Source of the DNA: Amphiscolops sp. MND2022
Taxonomy: Eukaryota
DNA: 64,000 nt
Assembly (NCBI GenBank): GCA_964187785.1
Contig: OZ076410.1
Location: forward strand, 74,028,001-74,092,000
Direction: 5' to 3'
Positions 37,493-49,000 of this stretch are shown in pieces (within the stretch, counting starts at the first letter, position 1; every line of letters begins with the position of its first letter). A model generated the notes under the pieces. It was not told the DNA's origin. It saw only the letters and a program-made list of their open reading frames with translations, and did no database searches. The position numbers and the translations under genes were made by a program.

Positions 37493-37638
37493 GGGCTCAG
37501 CGCTATTTTGTCCTGGAGACAGGACTTTCCAACCGAAAAACGACGTTTCAACTTTGACCTGAATTTTGAAACTCCAACTGGAAATGAACGACCAGTACAA
37601 TTGAAAGAGCTTGTTAGGTCCCAAAGACTCTTTGATGC

Positions 37639-37843
37639 TGTGGAATGCAGAGGTCAAACTGCCACTTGCTACCAAAACAGTTTTAGACAGACAGTTGTTT
37701 ACTAACAAACTCTAATCAAATTTCTGTCTTCTTCATAGTAATCATATGATGATCGTTTAATAGTTGTTATATTTGGATAAAAAACAGTAGAAGATACTAT
37801 TGCATGCTAAAACAATTTACTCATAGATTTAGAGATCTTAACA
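37639..37843 (+). repeat. Gypsy 5' LTR (205 bp)
   Basis: TGTGGAATGCAGAGG...GAGATCTTAACA; matches the rejoined 41454-41487 plus 43201-43372. Confidence 0.9.
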
Positions 37844-40009
37844 TGGCGCAGTAGGCAAGATTAGCTTTCCTTTTGTATTGTACAAAACTTCTTACTAACA
37901 GACTATCCAATTACGACAATAGCAACCAATGTACACCTATATACACGTAGTTAAAGTACCGGCCGGACGGGAAAACGTTATACACACCGCAAAATATAGC
38001 GAACAATTCGGGCACTTTATCAAGAGAATTCACAATATTGACATCAAGCAAATATTGGCGGATGAAACGACAACTATCGTTGAAAAGTGGGACACAAAAG
38101 AACCGAAGACTAGGCAAGATTTTAATATGGGGCACCGCACTGACGGTAATCGAAATATTCACCAAAAACGAGTTCAACATGGACCCTGATAGCATCAAAA
38201 CTGACAGACTAAAACAATTATTCCGAAAACACTACATGCCCAAAAGAGGAACACCTAACATTGCCGCGGAGATTTTTTCTCAGAAAAAAAAAAGAAGACA
38301 ATGGAACACCCAAAGAACACTGGAAAAAACTAATAACCTTGGAAACGAACTGCCACTTCAAAGATATAAAACAAGACCGTATACTTTTATCGAAATTTAT
38401 CACAAGTATAACGGAAAACAAACTCCGGGAAAAACTAATCCATGAAAAAACTCCAAACTTGAAAACAACTGTAGAACTCGTCGTCCAAACGAGAAACGAC
38501 CGACGAAGCGAACAATCCACTATACCACCCGCACTGGCAAACGATAAAGAGATAAAACAAGAACCAATACAGAAAATAAAAGCAAAACAATACCAAGAAA
38601 AACGTAAAATTCAAAAACTGTGAATTCTGCGGAAAACAGAACTGGACAACCCCACACAACTGCCCGGCGAAAACGACAAATTGCAATGACTGCCAAAAAC
38701 TAAGGCATTTCGCACTGGTGTGCCACAATAAACCCAACAACAACAACACAAACATGAGCACGAAGCACTCCGCCGAATCATGCAGTAAATAACAAATTAA
38801 AACCGGAAAACAACAACCACTACGGTGTTGAACTAAAGATGAACGGGGAAAAAATTCACCATTGAGATTGGCATTGGAGATATCCATTCGATGAAGGAAA
38901 AATATCAAGATGTAAACTAGAACGAGATCAAAGTCCGGGTGAGAAGATTTAAAATATAACAGCACACGAATGAAATTGCCGCACTAATTACAAAGAGAAA
39001 CGATATAAGTAACTCCTTTAGCGGGAGTAAATTGGCTGAAGCAATTACCATATACAATTGTCAAAATCTCACTGGACAAAGAAACCTACCATCCAAAAAC
39101 AATTCACACGAAAGACAAGAGCTATTCAAAACAAACCATACTATCCAAAACGCCGAAGTGAAAATACAAATAAAACCGGGATGTTACCCAAAACAGCAGA
39201 AAGCACGGCCTATACCATACCACTTACATGACGACGTAAAAGATGAATTAGACCGATTGATAAAATCCGAACACCTAGAAAGCCTAGAAGCAATCGAAGA
39301 AAACTGCTTCGCGTCTCCAGTGGTAATTACGGTTAAAAAAGACAAATCAGTTAAAATTGCACTGGTGGCCCCTAAACTGAACGAAAGTTGTATTAAGACG
39401 AGGACACCCGTGCCAAACAAGAACGAAATACTCAACCAAATCTCATCCAAACTGTCAAAGAACAAGTCAGACGCAATTTGAATATCATTAAAAGACTTGG
39501 AAAATGACTACGGACGAACGAAACTACCTCAGGACAGTCACCGTAGATATAAACAGCCGCGGTCCTGTACCAAAAGTTGTAAAATCTAATCAAGACACGG
39601 TAATAACATTCCTACCGGAAAATAAAAATTTATATGGCATACCAAAACGAAATAATTCAGATAAAGGCAGTGATTTTATCTCCAAAGAATATAAAGGTTT
39701 TTGGAGCGAACACAATATAATCCGAGACTACAGTACGCCAAATTTACTTACCGGAACAGGATTTGTCGAACGAACCATCCAATCAATGAAAAACTTGACA
39801 AAAGCAAACAAAGAAGACGAGCAAAAAGTACGTGTAAGTCTGAATAAAGCACTATACGAGTGCCGAATATTACCCATTCGGAGACAAAGAAAACCCCTTT
39901 TGAACTACATTTCGAGCGGGAACCCGGAACAAAACTGTCTAACATGAACAAGCCGGGAACGGCCAAGTCGTCGGCATATCTAAGGCTCAAGGAATATCTA
40001 TTTTGTAAT

Positions 40010-40473
40010 TTTTCAATTCTCACACAAGGCCGAAAAATACACGAAAGTGTTTCTTTCCCCGAAACACGAAAACAGTTTTTGCTGAACTGGAAACATCAGA
40101 AAAACTAATTTCCTTTGGAACTTTTTTTTTCGAAGAACGTATTCGATATAAAAGTCGCATATTGTCGAAAAACCGAAACAGAGGCTCTTTTGGCTCATGA
40201 AACGTTTTTTACAAACTGAAAGGTTCAAAAAAAGTAAGGGGGAAGAAAGTGCTGGAAAAAACCCCAAGAGGGGACCCATTAGTATCCACGCTACTTTTGG
40301 TAGCATATGAATTATTTGTGGTTTAGTGCCAGACTCGAACCCAAACTTCCCTGCTTCTCAGACCCCAAGAAATTGAACAAATGAACAAAAAACTGGACCG
40401 ATTGCGTTCGAACTGACACAAAAACTAGCCACTGTTAGAGTCGTTCATTTTCTACGAAAGCGCGGCCTAAAAA
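40010..40473 (+). repeat. HINE-like family copy inserted in the Gypsy integrase region
   Basis: Carries GAGGGGACCCATT and AAAAACTAGCCACTGT...TACGAAAGCGCGGCCTAAAAA, the family 3' end. Interrupts integrase-like coding sequence. 5' boundary approximate. Confidence 0.55.
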
Positions 40474-41487
40474 TGATACGTCATTCGTTTCGAAAAAATT
40501 ATCAGTTTACATCACCCACAACATCGCCGGAAAATAACGAATCTTATGGTGATGTTCACAAAGAAGGTCAATGACTAGACGTACCGGTGGGGAATGACGT
40601 TCACACACAACAAAAAACGTTAAAAAGTGAGAAAAAGTGAAATTATCCGTTAATTTTCTTTGAAAAAGAAAACAAAAAGAGCTCACTCGGTAGTCGATTC
40701 GATAAAACCGACAAATTGCAACTCCGGATGAAAAAACACACCGTAACTACCGATAAGAACAAAATCATACAAAGGACACCCGGTATCCCTTCAGGACGCA
40801 GTTACATCAACCAAACGGATCAGCACGAGGATGACAACAGCATTGGACCGACCATCAAGCTGAAAAACGGTCGAACCGGTAACAAACTGCGGTAACCAGC
40901 AAAAGGAACCACCACGCCCCGAAAACACCGTAGTGCAGACTGGCTAAAGAGAAAGGAACAGTCACGAAACGAAAGAGGCCCCGATAGATCGGCCGATAAA
41001 CCAATGGGTCTTGACCCGAGTATTGTGTCAGAGGAAAAAGATTTCCTATGCCACTATACCATTGAAGGAAAACCTGTACATACAAACATCGATGATGAAC
41101 TGCAACCTTTGCCGAAAGAGAACATCTAACCCGGTGGACAGGTATAGATACCAAACGATTATATAAGGAAAATTACAAAACGGTGAGAAAATCAAAGAGA
41201 CCACCCTATGCAAAACAATCCGAAAATTTAGGTGGTGTACGTTACTATACTAATAACAATAAAAAGAAACCAAGTAATCGTTGTATTTTACAGGAAAACC
41301 AAAAACAAAAAACCAACCGCGGACAAACAGCTGTGAAGCTTTGGAAAACCGTAATACACGGACAATCGCAAAGAAACACTTTTCAAACCGTGAAATACGG
41401 AACAGCAACTACATGCAACCCCATGCAACCAAGTTCATTCGGTGTGGGGGAAATCTGGAATGCAGAGGTCAAACTGCCACTTTCTAC

Positions 41488-43195
41488 TGTCGAAAGCATT
41501 ATCAATTGTCCCGTTACTAAGACGGTTTTGGACAAGCTCACTTTTCGAATTGTTTCTGGCCTTTTCATTTCGCAGAACTTCGGTATTAATTTCCAGTTCC
41601 TCGGCCGGAACGTTCCATCCTTTATTGGTCATATGTCCTAAACCAGCCATGATGACATTTTGAATCTGAGGTAAAACCTGATTGCTAACAGTATCGTTAA
41701 TGGCCCTTTGGATTTGAACACTGACACTGTTCTTCATCTCATCCATTTCCCTAGATATCCTGGAGTTCAATTCATTTGAAAATCTATTAATCTCAGCACT
41801 AGAGTTGGCACTTGCTGAGTTTCGGGTGTAATCGGCGTTAATACTTGGTTTGATAACTCCTGAGTTCAGAGTGAATAATATTTTCATCATCGTTTTCAAA
41901 GTTATTGCTATTGGCACTTTCAGGCCTTCAAGCAAGATTGCTATTTAAAGTTTCCTCTCTTTCCACTGTATCCAAATGGTTTTCACCAAGCATTATGTCT
42001 AGACTCTCAATATCAGAGAGCATCTCTAGTCCTCTTGACTTCCTAGCTTTCTTTTGCTTTCTGGTAGTAAGCATTGAGAAAGACCGAGTAATGATATTTA
42101 AACTTCTTCAGATCGGAAAACTAAATTTGGTTAGTTTGGATGAATCCGTTTTTCAATTGGAGCTTACAAAGTTGTGTCTCACCCAAGTGAGTGATGAGTA
42201 TTTATTTCCACTAAGGCATGACATTCACATTCTTCTCATTCATACAATATCACATGATACATGACCTTAAATTATTTTCCCGATATTCTACACATTTCGG
42301 GAAGTTTACAAGCAACATTTCAAGAGGTATCTACTTTAAACCGCAACTTCAAACAAATTATCAATGAATACATTAACACTAGAGTGTCAACAAATATCAC
42401 AAGCTATCAACGGAATGCAGTGTTATGTCATCGGAATGGGGTGTTGACAAGTGCCACCACGCGAACACTGATGAATTTAACAAGGAGTGAAACTACAATA
42501 GTTTATTCAAAAACTAATGTAACATTCTGGCACAATCCAGTTATCAGTTCACTACTATAATAAGATCAGAGCAAGAGCACTTTCCACAATATGGCCGGAA
42601 GAGGCCAATTCCCTAATATTATAATAGCATCGGTAAAAAATAGGCAAATGGCCTTAGCCGTCTATTAATACTAAATCTAGAGTTTTAGTTGATAACACTG
42701 CACAAAAAGGGTCATTTGGTACAAGAAGCGAAAACCCAATAATACTGGTTAATTATAAACATAATTGGTAGTCAACAGGCCTTATTCGGCCATCATTATA
42801 TGAAAGCAATATTATTACTGCAACTGAAGCAATTTGATGGGATGATGCACCGTGCTCAAGTGACTTTTTTGGAGTACCACTTAGCGTCACTTGAACACGC
42901 TTCCTTTACTGTTGTATAGTTGTACTCAACTCATATTGATTTGATTCACTTCTGCCGTGCCCTTCAATTAAATTTAGTAATTTGATTTGGATTTGCCAAA
43001 TCGGACCAATAACAGACTAATACAAATTCCGTTAAGGTACAAAACTATAAAAAGATGGACAACGCAAAATGCATATGAGTTTTACTAAAAGTTTGCTAGT
43101 TTGTATTTAAAATGTAGGCAAAGTACCTGGGATAATATCCTGGTCTCTTGCGGTAGTTGTTATAGCTGTACCGTCACAGGCAGCAGCCTGCAACA
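41488..43195 (-). mobile_element. 1.7-kb insertion, probable solo LTR, carrying a coding-like ORF
   Basis: Bounded by TG...CA (minus strand TGTTGCAGG...GCTTTCGACA). Perfect 5-bp TSD TCTAC (41483-41487 and 43196-43200). No internal direct repeats or pol. The minus ORF MLTTRKQKKARKSRG...SREMDEMKNSVSVQIQRAIND... (one stop and a frameshift) stays open up to the terminal CA. Confidence 0.75.
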
Positions 43196-44399
43196 TCTAC
43201 CAAAACAGTTTTAGACAGAGAGTTGTTTACTAACAAAGTCTAATTTGATTTATGTCTGCTTTATGTTATTTATGTGATGATAGTTTCATAGTTGTTTAAA
43301 TTTGGATAGGAAACAGTTGAAGATACTATTGCAGGCTAAACCGTTTTAACCATAGATTTAGAGATCTTAACAAATGCAAGTCTGAACAATGCCTGAAGAT
43401 TTTTAGCGGAACAGTAAGATAGCGGTAACAGCAAAATAAGTTTTACCGCCAGTGATATGTCTAGTAGAGTTGAATAAAAAACTTTAAATAGCTGCTGTCG
43501 AGTTTGCAGTAATTTGGGTTTTTGCAAAATTGTAAGTTGCACTGAAGGCGATCTCTAGTTACAAACAGATTAGCATTGTACGATGTCCACTACAGAGAAC
43601 AGTAACAAACTGTAGTAGGTAAGAATGCTCCTTTTGAAACTAAGCCCCCTCCACCGGGACCTGTACCCAGCGGAAGTAAATTGGGCTGGTACTCTATTAC
43701 TGTCAGTCCCAAATTATTGTAATAGTTCCTCTCCTAATATGGAGAATTAAGCAACCCTTCACCGCTTGTCGTTACATAAAGTCGAACTCCTATCATTTTT
43801 TCAAATTGAACTCTAACAAAGAACCTTTCCGGATATAACGAATTTTCCCGTTAAAATTCCGCTAGATCTGGTCTCCGTACTGTTGATGGTATAATTGGCT
43901 CCAAAATTCAAGAGGTCTTTGTGAAAAGTCAGCACCAGTTCGCGTCTAGTCAGTGTCAATTTTTTCATCTTTTTAATAGAAAATCCGAAAAATGTGACAA
44001 CCAAAACCTGAAAATCCTCACAAATTCAACTTATAATGGAGAATTGAAACTTTTTCTGTCTTGACAACAACCGATAACCCGAGAACTTGAATGCCTCAGT
44101 AAAAGCGTAAAAGAATCTCACATATCTGTAGCAATCGAAACGCTAGTTACAAGATCACTCTTTGATTTTTTTTTGTTTTCAGTCACGAAAAGTAGCCCGA
44201 AACTCTCTGATGAAAATTTTTTTCGTTTTTCAAGTATTCAGCTGGCCGCAAGGTAAATTGCATGATTTCTTAGATATTTTTGCCCCTGCCGTTTGAACAG
44301 TGTATCCTTAGCTTTTTTGTTGTGTTTACAGCCATCGCTTTTTTTGAATAATCTTCGTTCTTCCTGTAACTAATCTCTAAGTGATTATTGATTAACTTT

Positions 44400-44812
44400 A
44401 CATTATCCTTTCCCCCTTCCAATTTTTCGGCGCTATGAGACTTTCCCCGCCCCTTTTTTCGGCTTTGTGAGACTTTTTTCGAAATTTTTTAAAGTCTTCA
44501 AAGGGTCCTTCTTCTATTTTTTGGTGTTTTGCAACTGAATGGACGTTGAAAAAGTCTAAAGGGCCCCCTTTTACATTTTTCGGCACTATGAGACTGTTAA
44601 AAATTCTCATTTTTCGTTTTTTTTGGAAAATTTTAAATTTTTTCCCGAAATTTTTCAACGTCTCCGAAGGGTCGCTCCTTCATTTTTTTGATATTTTGCA
44701 ACAACCTGGATTTTCAAAAAGCCCAAAGAGTCCCCCTTTCTACATTTTTAAAAACTTTGCGCTTTTTGAGCCTTGGATATGGCGCCGACTTTAGACGTTC
44801 CCGTCTTGTTTA
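44400..44812 (-). mobile_element. HINE-like family copy (5' part)
   Basis: Minus strand begins TAAACAAGACGGGAACGTCTAAAGTCGGCGCCATATCCAAGGCTCAAAAAGCGCAAAG, near-identical to the start of 37073. 3' end not seen. Confidence 0.7.
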
Positions 44813-45514
44813 ATGTTAGCATTATTTAAAACGCAGACAGGCAAATAATAATGCTTATGGGCACTTAGTTTTTGTATAATAAAAAACCGTAATATTGATA
44901 CTCCCATCAAATACTACTAATAAGGAAACTATTGTGAAGTTTTTCTTGTTCGTTCCGTCGAAAGAAATGCAACTACCTCTTTTGTCTAGTTTTCACATTT
45001 TTATTTCATTAACTGACTAACCATTTAAATGCGTTCTTCGAGTTTCAGGTATCGGCATTTATATTGCATAATGTTTCAGTATATTTCCTGCATAATTGGT
45101 TGCTTCGAGATAACTTTTTACTGTTTGAAGACGTGGGGTATCTCGACGGTTCAAAACAAAGTTTATTGCAAAGAAAAACATGAATTTTAAAACCCTTCAT
45201 ACAAAATTTAATATTTTACAAATATATCAAGGCTAACAAAATAATATTAATGTCATTACTACATAGTTATTTTAAAGTTCATTTAAAAGCTGTTCATACA
45301 TTATAATTGTTTGATTTGTTCAAACTTAACTTCCATAGTGTTCCAAAACTTCTTGAATCTGGTCTCAAAGCAAGCAAATCCGGTCGTGATCCGAGAAAGA
45401 CCGGCTTTCGATTGGGATTCATTTGTGGATGTCACGAGTGCGGATTCAGAAAAGCGAAGAGCATTTCTTCTGTCGCCTGATTCCACATAAAGCTTTTTCC
45501 TCGGTTGAACAATT

Positions 45515-46071
45515 TTAGCATGAGTATGATGAGTTGTGAACTAAACTTTTGTCGACACCGTTGCTGGAAGCAGCTGATGTTGTTTGAAGTCTCAGGTCGG
45601 AGTTGGAATTTGAATTACTCACTTTGGACGCAGTGTCCACGATTGACCAAAACTTTGCGCGCACTTTTCGCTGATTCATTCCTCCTGAAGATTCCCTGCT
45701 GTTTGGTGTTGGTGAAACATCGTTACTATCTCCATCTGTCTTCATAATTACGTCATTGCTGTTGTTCTCCTTACATGACTCATTGTTTTCCGGGCTTTGT
45801 TGCTGAAATGGCGTCATTTCCACGAGACTGCCGTCTGGGAATCTGTGACCTTTCAGGAAGATTGTGGAGGTGGGAGTAGCGATGTTGACAGGTGAAAGTA
45901 TCTTGGAGATGGATGGTGGGGGCTCCGACATTGCGCTGTGGGGCTGGTGGTCCAGTAGGGAGGGTGACACTGGAGTGGGTTTTGGAGTGACATCGCTACT
46001 GCGTCTTTTTGCGGGGGGCTGAGCTGCTGCCGTGTCATATTGGAGACCAGAGTTGCTGGTTGGGTTAGTAT
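45515..46071 (-). CDS. Irx: Irx last coding exon with IRO box
   Basis: Acceptor TTGTTCCAG (AG at 46073-46072). Phase-1 join gives DTNPTSNSG...; contains [14 protein letters not shown]; stop TAA ends at 45515. Confidence 0.85.
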
Positions 46072-49000
46072 CTGGAACAAACAGAATCTACATAATTTAA
46101 TTCATAGGAAAAAGGTCCTGTTTCAAACATTTCAGATTTATTGTTTCGAAACAAAGTACATGTAAGTACACTTCTGAAGCTTGAACAAACATTCTAAAGC
46201 TAATAATAGTAGAGTAATAGGGCACAAGGTGTAATTGATCACGAAACCAATCAAGACATAGTTTGGCTACAAACATGATGCTAAGGTAACCCTCACAACT
46301 TAATACATTCCTGTGGAACTATCTACATGGCTGGCCTAAATCAAGAAACTCATTCCTACGACTTTTGAACAATGAACTTGAAGCCTTTTGTTACAACTGA
46401 AGCATTTGCAGACCTTTTAAGCTAACCAGCATTGAAAACGAGTATTTTCATTTTGCCAAGCAAGTTCCAAGCGACCCAATAATTTTAGAATTAGTAAGAT
46501 CTGTTCTTTTTTCTTTAAACTTGCACTCGCTGCCCTAATGCGGTGAATTTTGTTCATGTTTTGATGGTGAGATAAGAACGATTGTGGTCGTAGGATCATA
46601 GACCATGGTAAAACCTTGGCCGTGGTTTGGGTACCTCTATCCGAAAGAGTTAGGGTATACCTAAAGATGCATAGCTTTGTGGATGACCTCACAAAGGCGG
46701 TTGCTTCTCCCGCAGGGAGGGAGAAGGAAGGTCTGAGATGTGAATGTGTGAACTGGTGTTTGAGGTTCATGCGTACATGCAAGCTAGTGAGCAAGCAACA
46801 GAGTTTGTTGAGGGACTTTGTTGATTAGTGTACGTCTGTCTAGATTTACCCTAGCCTGGCGAAGCGATTGTAATCATTCATGTTTAGTTATTTAACATCA
46901 ACTAATTATAGTCTTTGGAATAAGTCTATTAAAGAGTCGAAATTGATGAATGAGTGCAGGATTTATGAGTTGATTCTTGTCAACACCATGTCAACAAATG
47001 CTAAACGCTACCCTAACAAACGGTTGTATAAATTGTACAAGTTCTCTGTTCGCATACCTTTATCTTGAATAATTTGAAGTCAATTACAGATTACATTTTT
47101 ATCCTCGCACATTGTTTTAGATGTTGTAGTTTCAGTCCAGACAGCCTTTTATGCTTTGTTAGCAGACATAATCGTTTCATGATTGCATAGAACAAGATGT
47201 GTGTTCAGCACATTCAAGTATGCGCCGAGTGTGCCCGACTCCCAATAAAGTTAAGAGGCCGTTAGACCCAAATTCACACCTAATCCACGCAGCCAAATGA
47301 CCAAAACATTAAATTTTTTGTTTGCTTTGTTTGCTTCGTAAAGCTCACCCAAAACTGAATAATTCATTACACGTGTACTACACCTTTCAAAAGACGAGAT
47401 CACCGCGTGTCTACAGTTAAACTTGAGATGTTTTTACGCCAAACTACAGCAAATACATTTTTAAAGCGTCTGCAACTGTGTAGATTATGTCTCAAGTGTG
47501 AGCAAGCTAAGCTCTCATTTTGTTCAACATCGCAATTGTTCACACTAAGTCTTGTCACAACAAACCTAATGACCGAAATTAACAACTTCGTCAACAACTA
47601 ACACCTCTCTTCGAGACAACCGGTCGCATATTTCAATGAGTGTATTTTTTTGAAAGAAAAATATGAAATTGCCATTACGATCCTATGATTAAAAATTTTT
47701 TTAAGAAGGAGAAAAACTTCCCAAAAATAAGTTCCAATGTTGGGGTCCCGAGCTGTAGTTATAACTTTTGATCTACAAAAACAATGCAAAATCGAAGTTG
47801 AAACTTACTAACCACGGAGACAAAAGAAACTTTTCAAAGAGTAGCGAAACTTGGTATTAAATGTGGAGAAAGTATGGCTTGGTATTAAATGTGGAGAAAG
47901 TATGGCTTGCTTAATTAAAGTAAATTGATATTTTCATTGAAAATTCAGCAGCGGTGGTGACCGGCAAGGAAGGGAAATAAATTTATCAGTTTGTTTTGTT
48001 AAATGCCAGCGGCTGGCAGCCAGTGTGCCAATGGAAGTTAGTCCCCTCCAAAGATGGAAGTCATGGCGTGGGATTTGAATCGCTAATAAAAATGTGAGAG
48101 TAATAGCAGAGTTGGTAGGTTGCTGCACAGCATTTAGATGAATGGTTTTTTATTGTTGCTGGACCTTGACAAGAAAAACCATATTGCTTGACTTCAAGAA
48201 CGAAATTAATGCATGGAAGATTCCATTCCAACAGTGACATCTTTTATGTGCCGCATGTGTTTTCTCATTGGCTGTGAATTTCTCACTCGGTCGATTTTTA
48301 GTCAGCGAGTGAAAAATTGGCCCCAATGTAACGTTTGCTCTTGGAAATTGTAATCAGTTTGTAGCTACAACTGCGGCCTACCAGAAGGCAGCGAAGCAAA
48401 ACTGAACAGAAAACATCTAAAATAAACGATTACGGCGACACAGTGAAATATAAAAGTACTGAGAATAAACGAAACGCCACAGCCAACTGAAAATTAAAGC
48501 GTCGTCATTTTTCATATTTTCAGCCGACGTTTCTACAAGAGAACAATTCAAATCAACACCAGATCTGTTTTCCAGCCAAAATTGCCAAAAAACAGTGATT
48601 GACTTCTCTCCCAGACAATAGCGTCCTAACCACCGAAAATTGTGTTTGCTCTCTCAAATCGATTTAGGGGCCGGCTCTTTGGGAGGAATGTCATTAACAT
48701 TTGCTCAATGTGTGAATAATTTAGGCTAAAAATTGTGGTTTTTTGTGAGGTTTGTTTTACATTGATGAATGTTTTTGGGGGAATTTAGCTGAGTTGTATT
48801 GTTATGATGTTTCTAAAAGGTGCTTATGCATCATTATTCGTGTTAAATAAGTGGCCAAAAACGATTTGATTTTTTGTTTGGATCGGTGTTGAAGCGGGGG
48901 CTTTGGGCGGGGCGGTGGTTTCAACTTGTGTTGTAGAGGCCGTGGCTTGCGAGATGTGATTATTTGTGATTGGTAGTTGTTGATTATGGTGAAGAAGCGG

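Larger units (their letters stand above)
37639..43372 (+). mobile_element. Ty3/Gypsy LTR retrotransposon, internally deleted, with an insertion in its 3' LTR
   Basis: 5' LTR 37639-37843. PBS TGGCGCAGTAGG at 37844. PPT GTGTGGGGGAAA before 41454. 3' LTR split into 41454-41487 and 43201-43372. TSD GATGC/AATGC (one mismatch). Gag with two Cys clusters (CEFCG...HNCP, CNDCQ...HFALVC). RT entry KARPIPYHL...SPVVITVKKDKSVKIAL fused by deletion to integrase SDKGSDF...TGFVERTIQSMKN. Confidence 0.9.

Noticed and set aside
40325-40345. Pol III B-box-like GGGTTCGAGTC on the minus strand
   Set aside because: Isolated motif inside a HINE-like copy, with no cloverleaf or A-box.
45301-45486. 61-aa minus ORF after the Irx stop as a further exon
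   Set aside because: No clear polypyrimidine acceptor; more simply 3' UTR, with AATAAA-type signals further downstream.
46417-46830. 125-aa minus ORF and GC-richer island as an extra Irx exon
   Set aside because: No convincing in-phase splice sites. The exons at 49912-50330 and 45515-46071 already join in frame without it.
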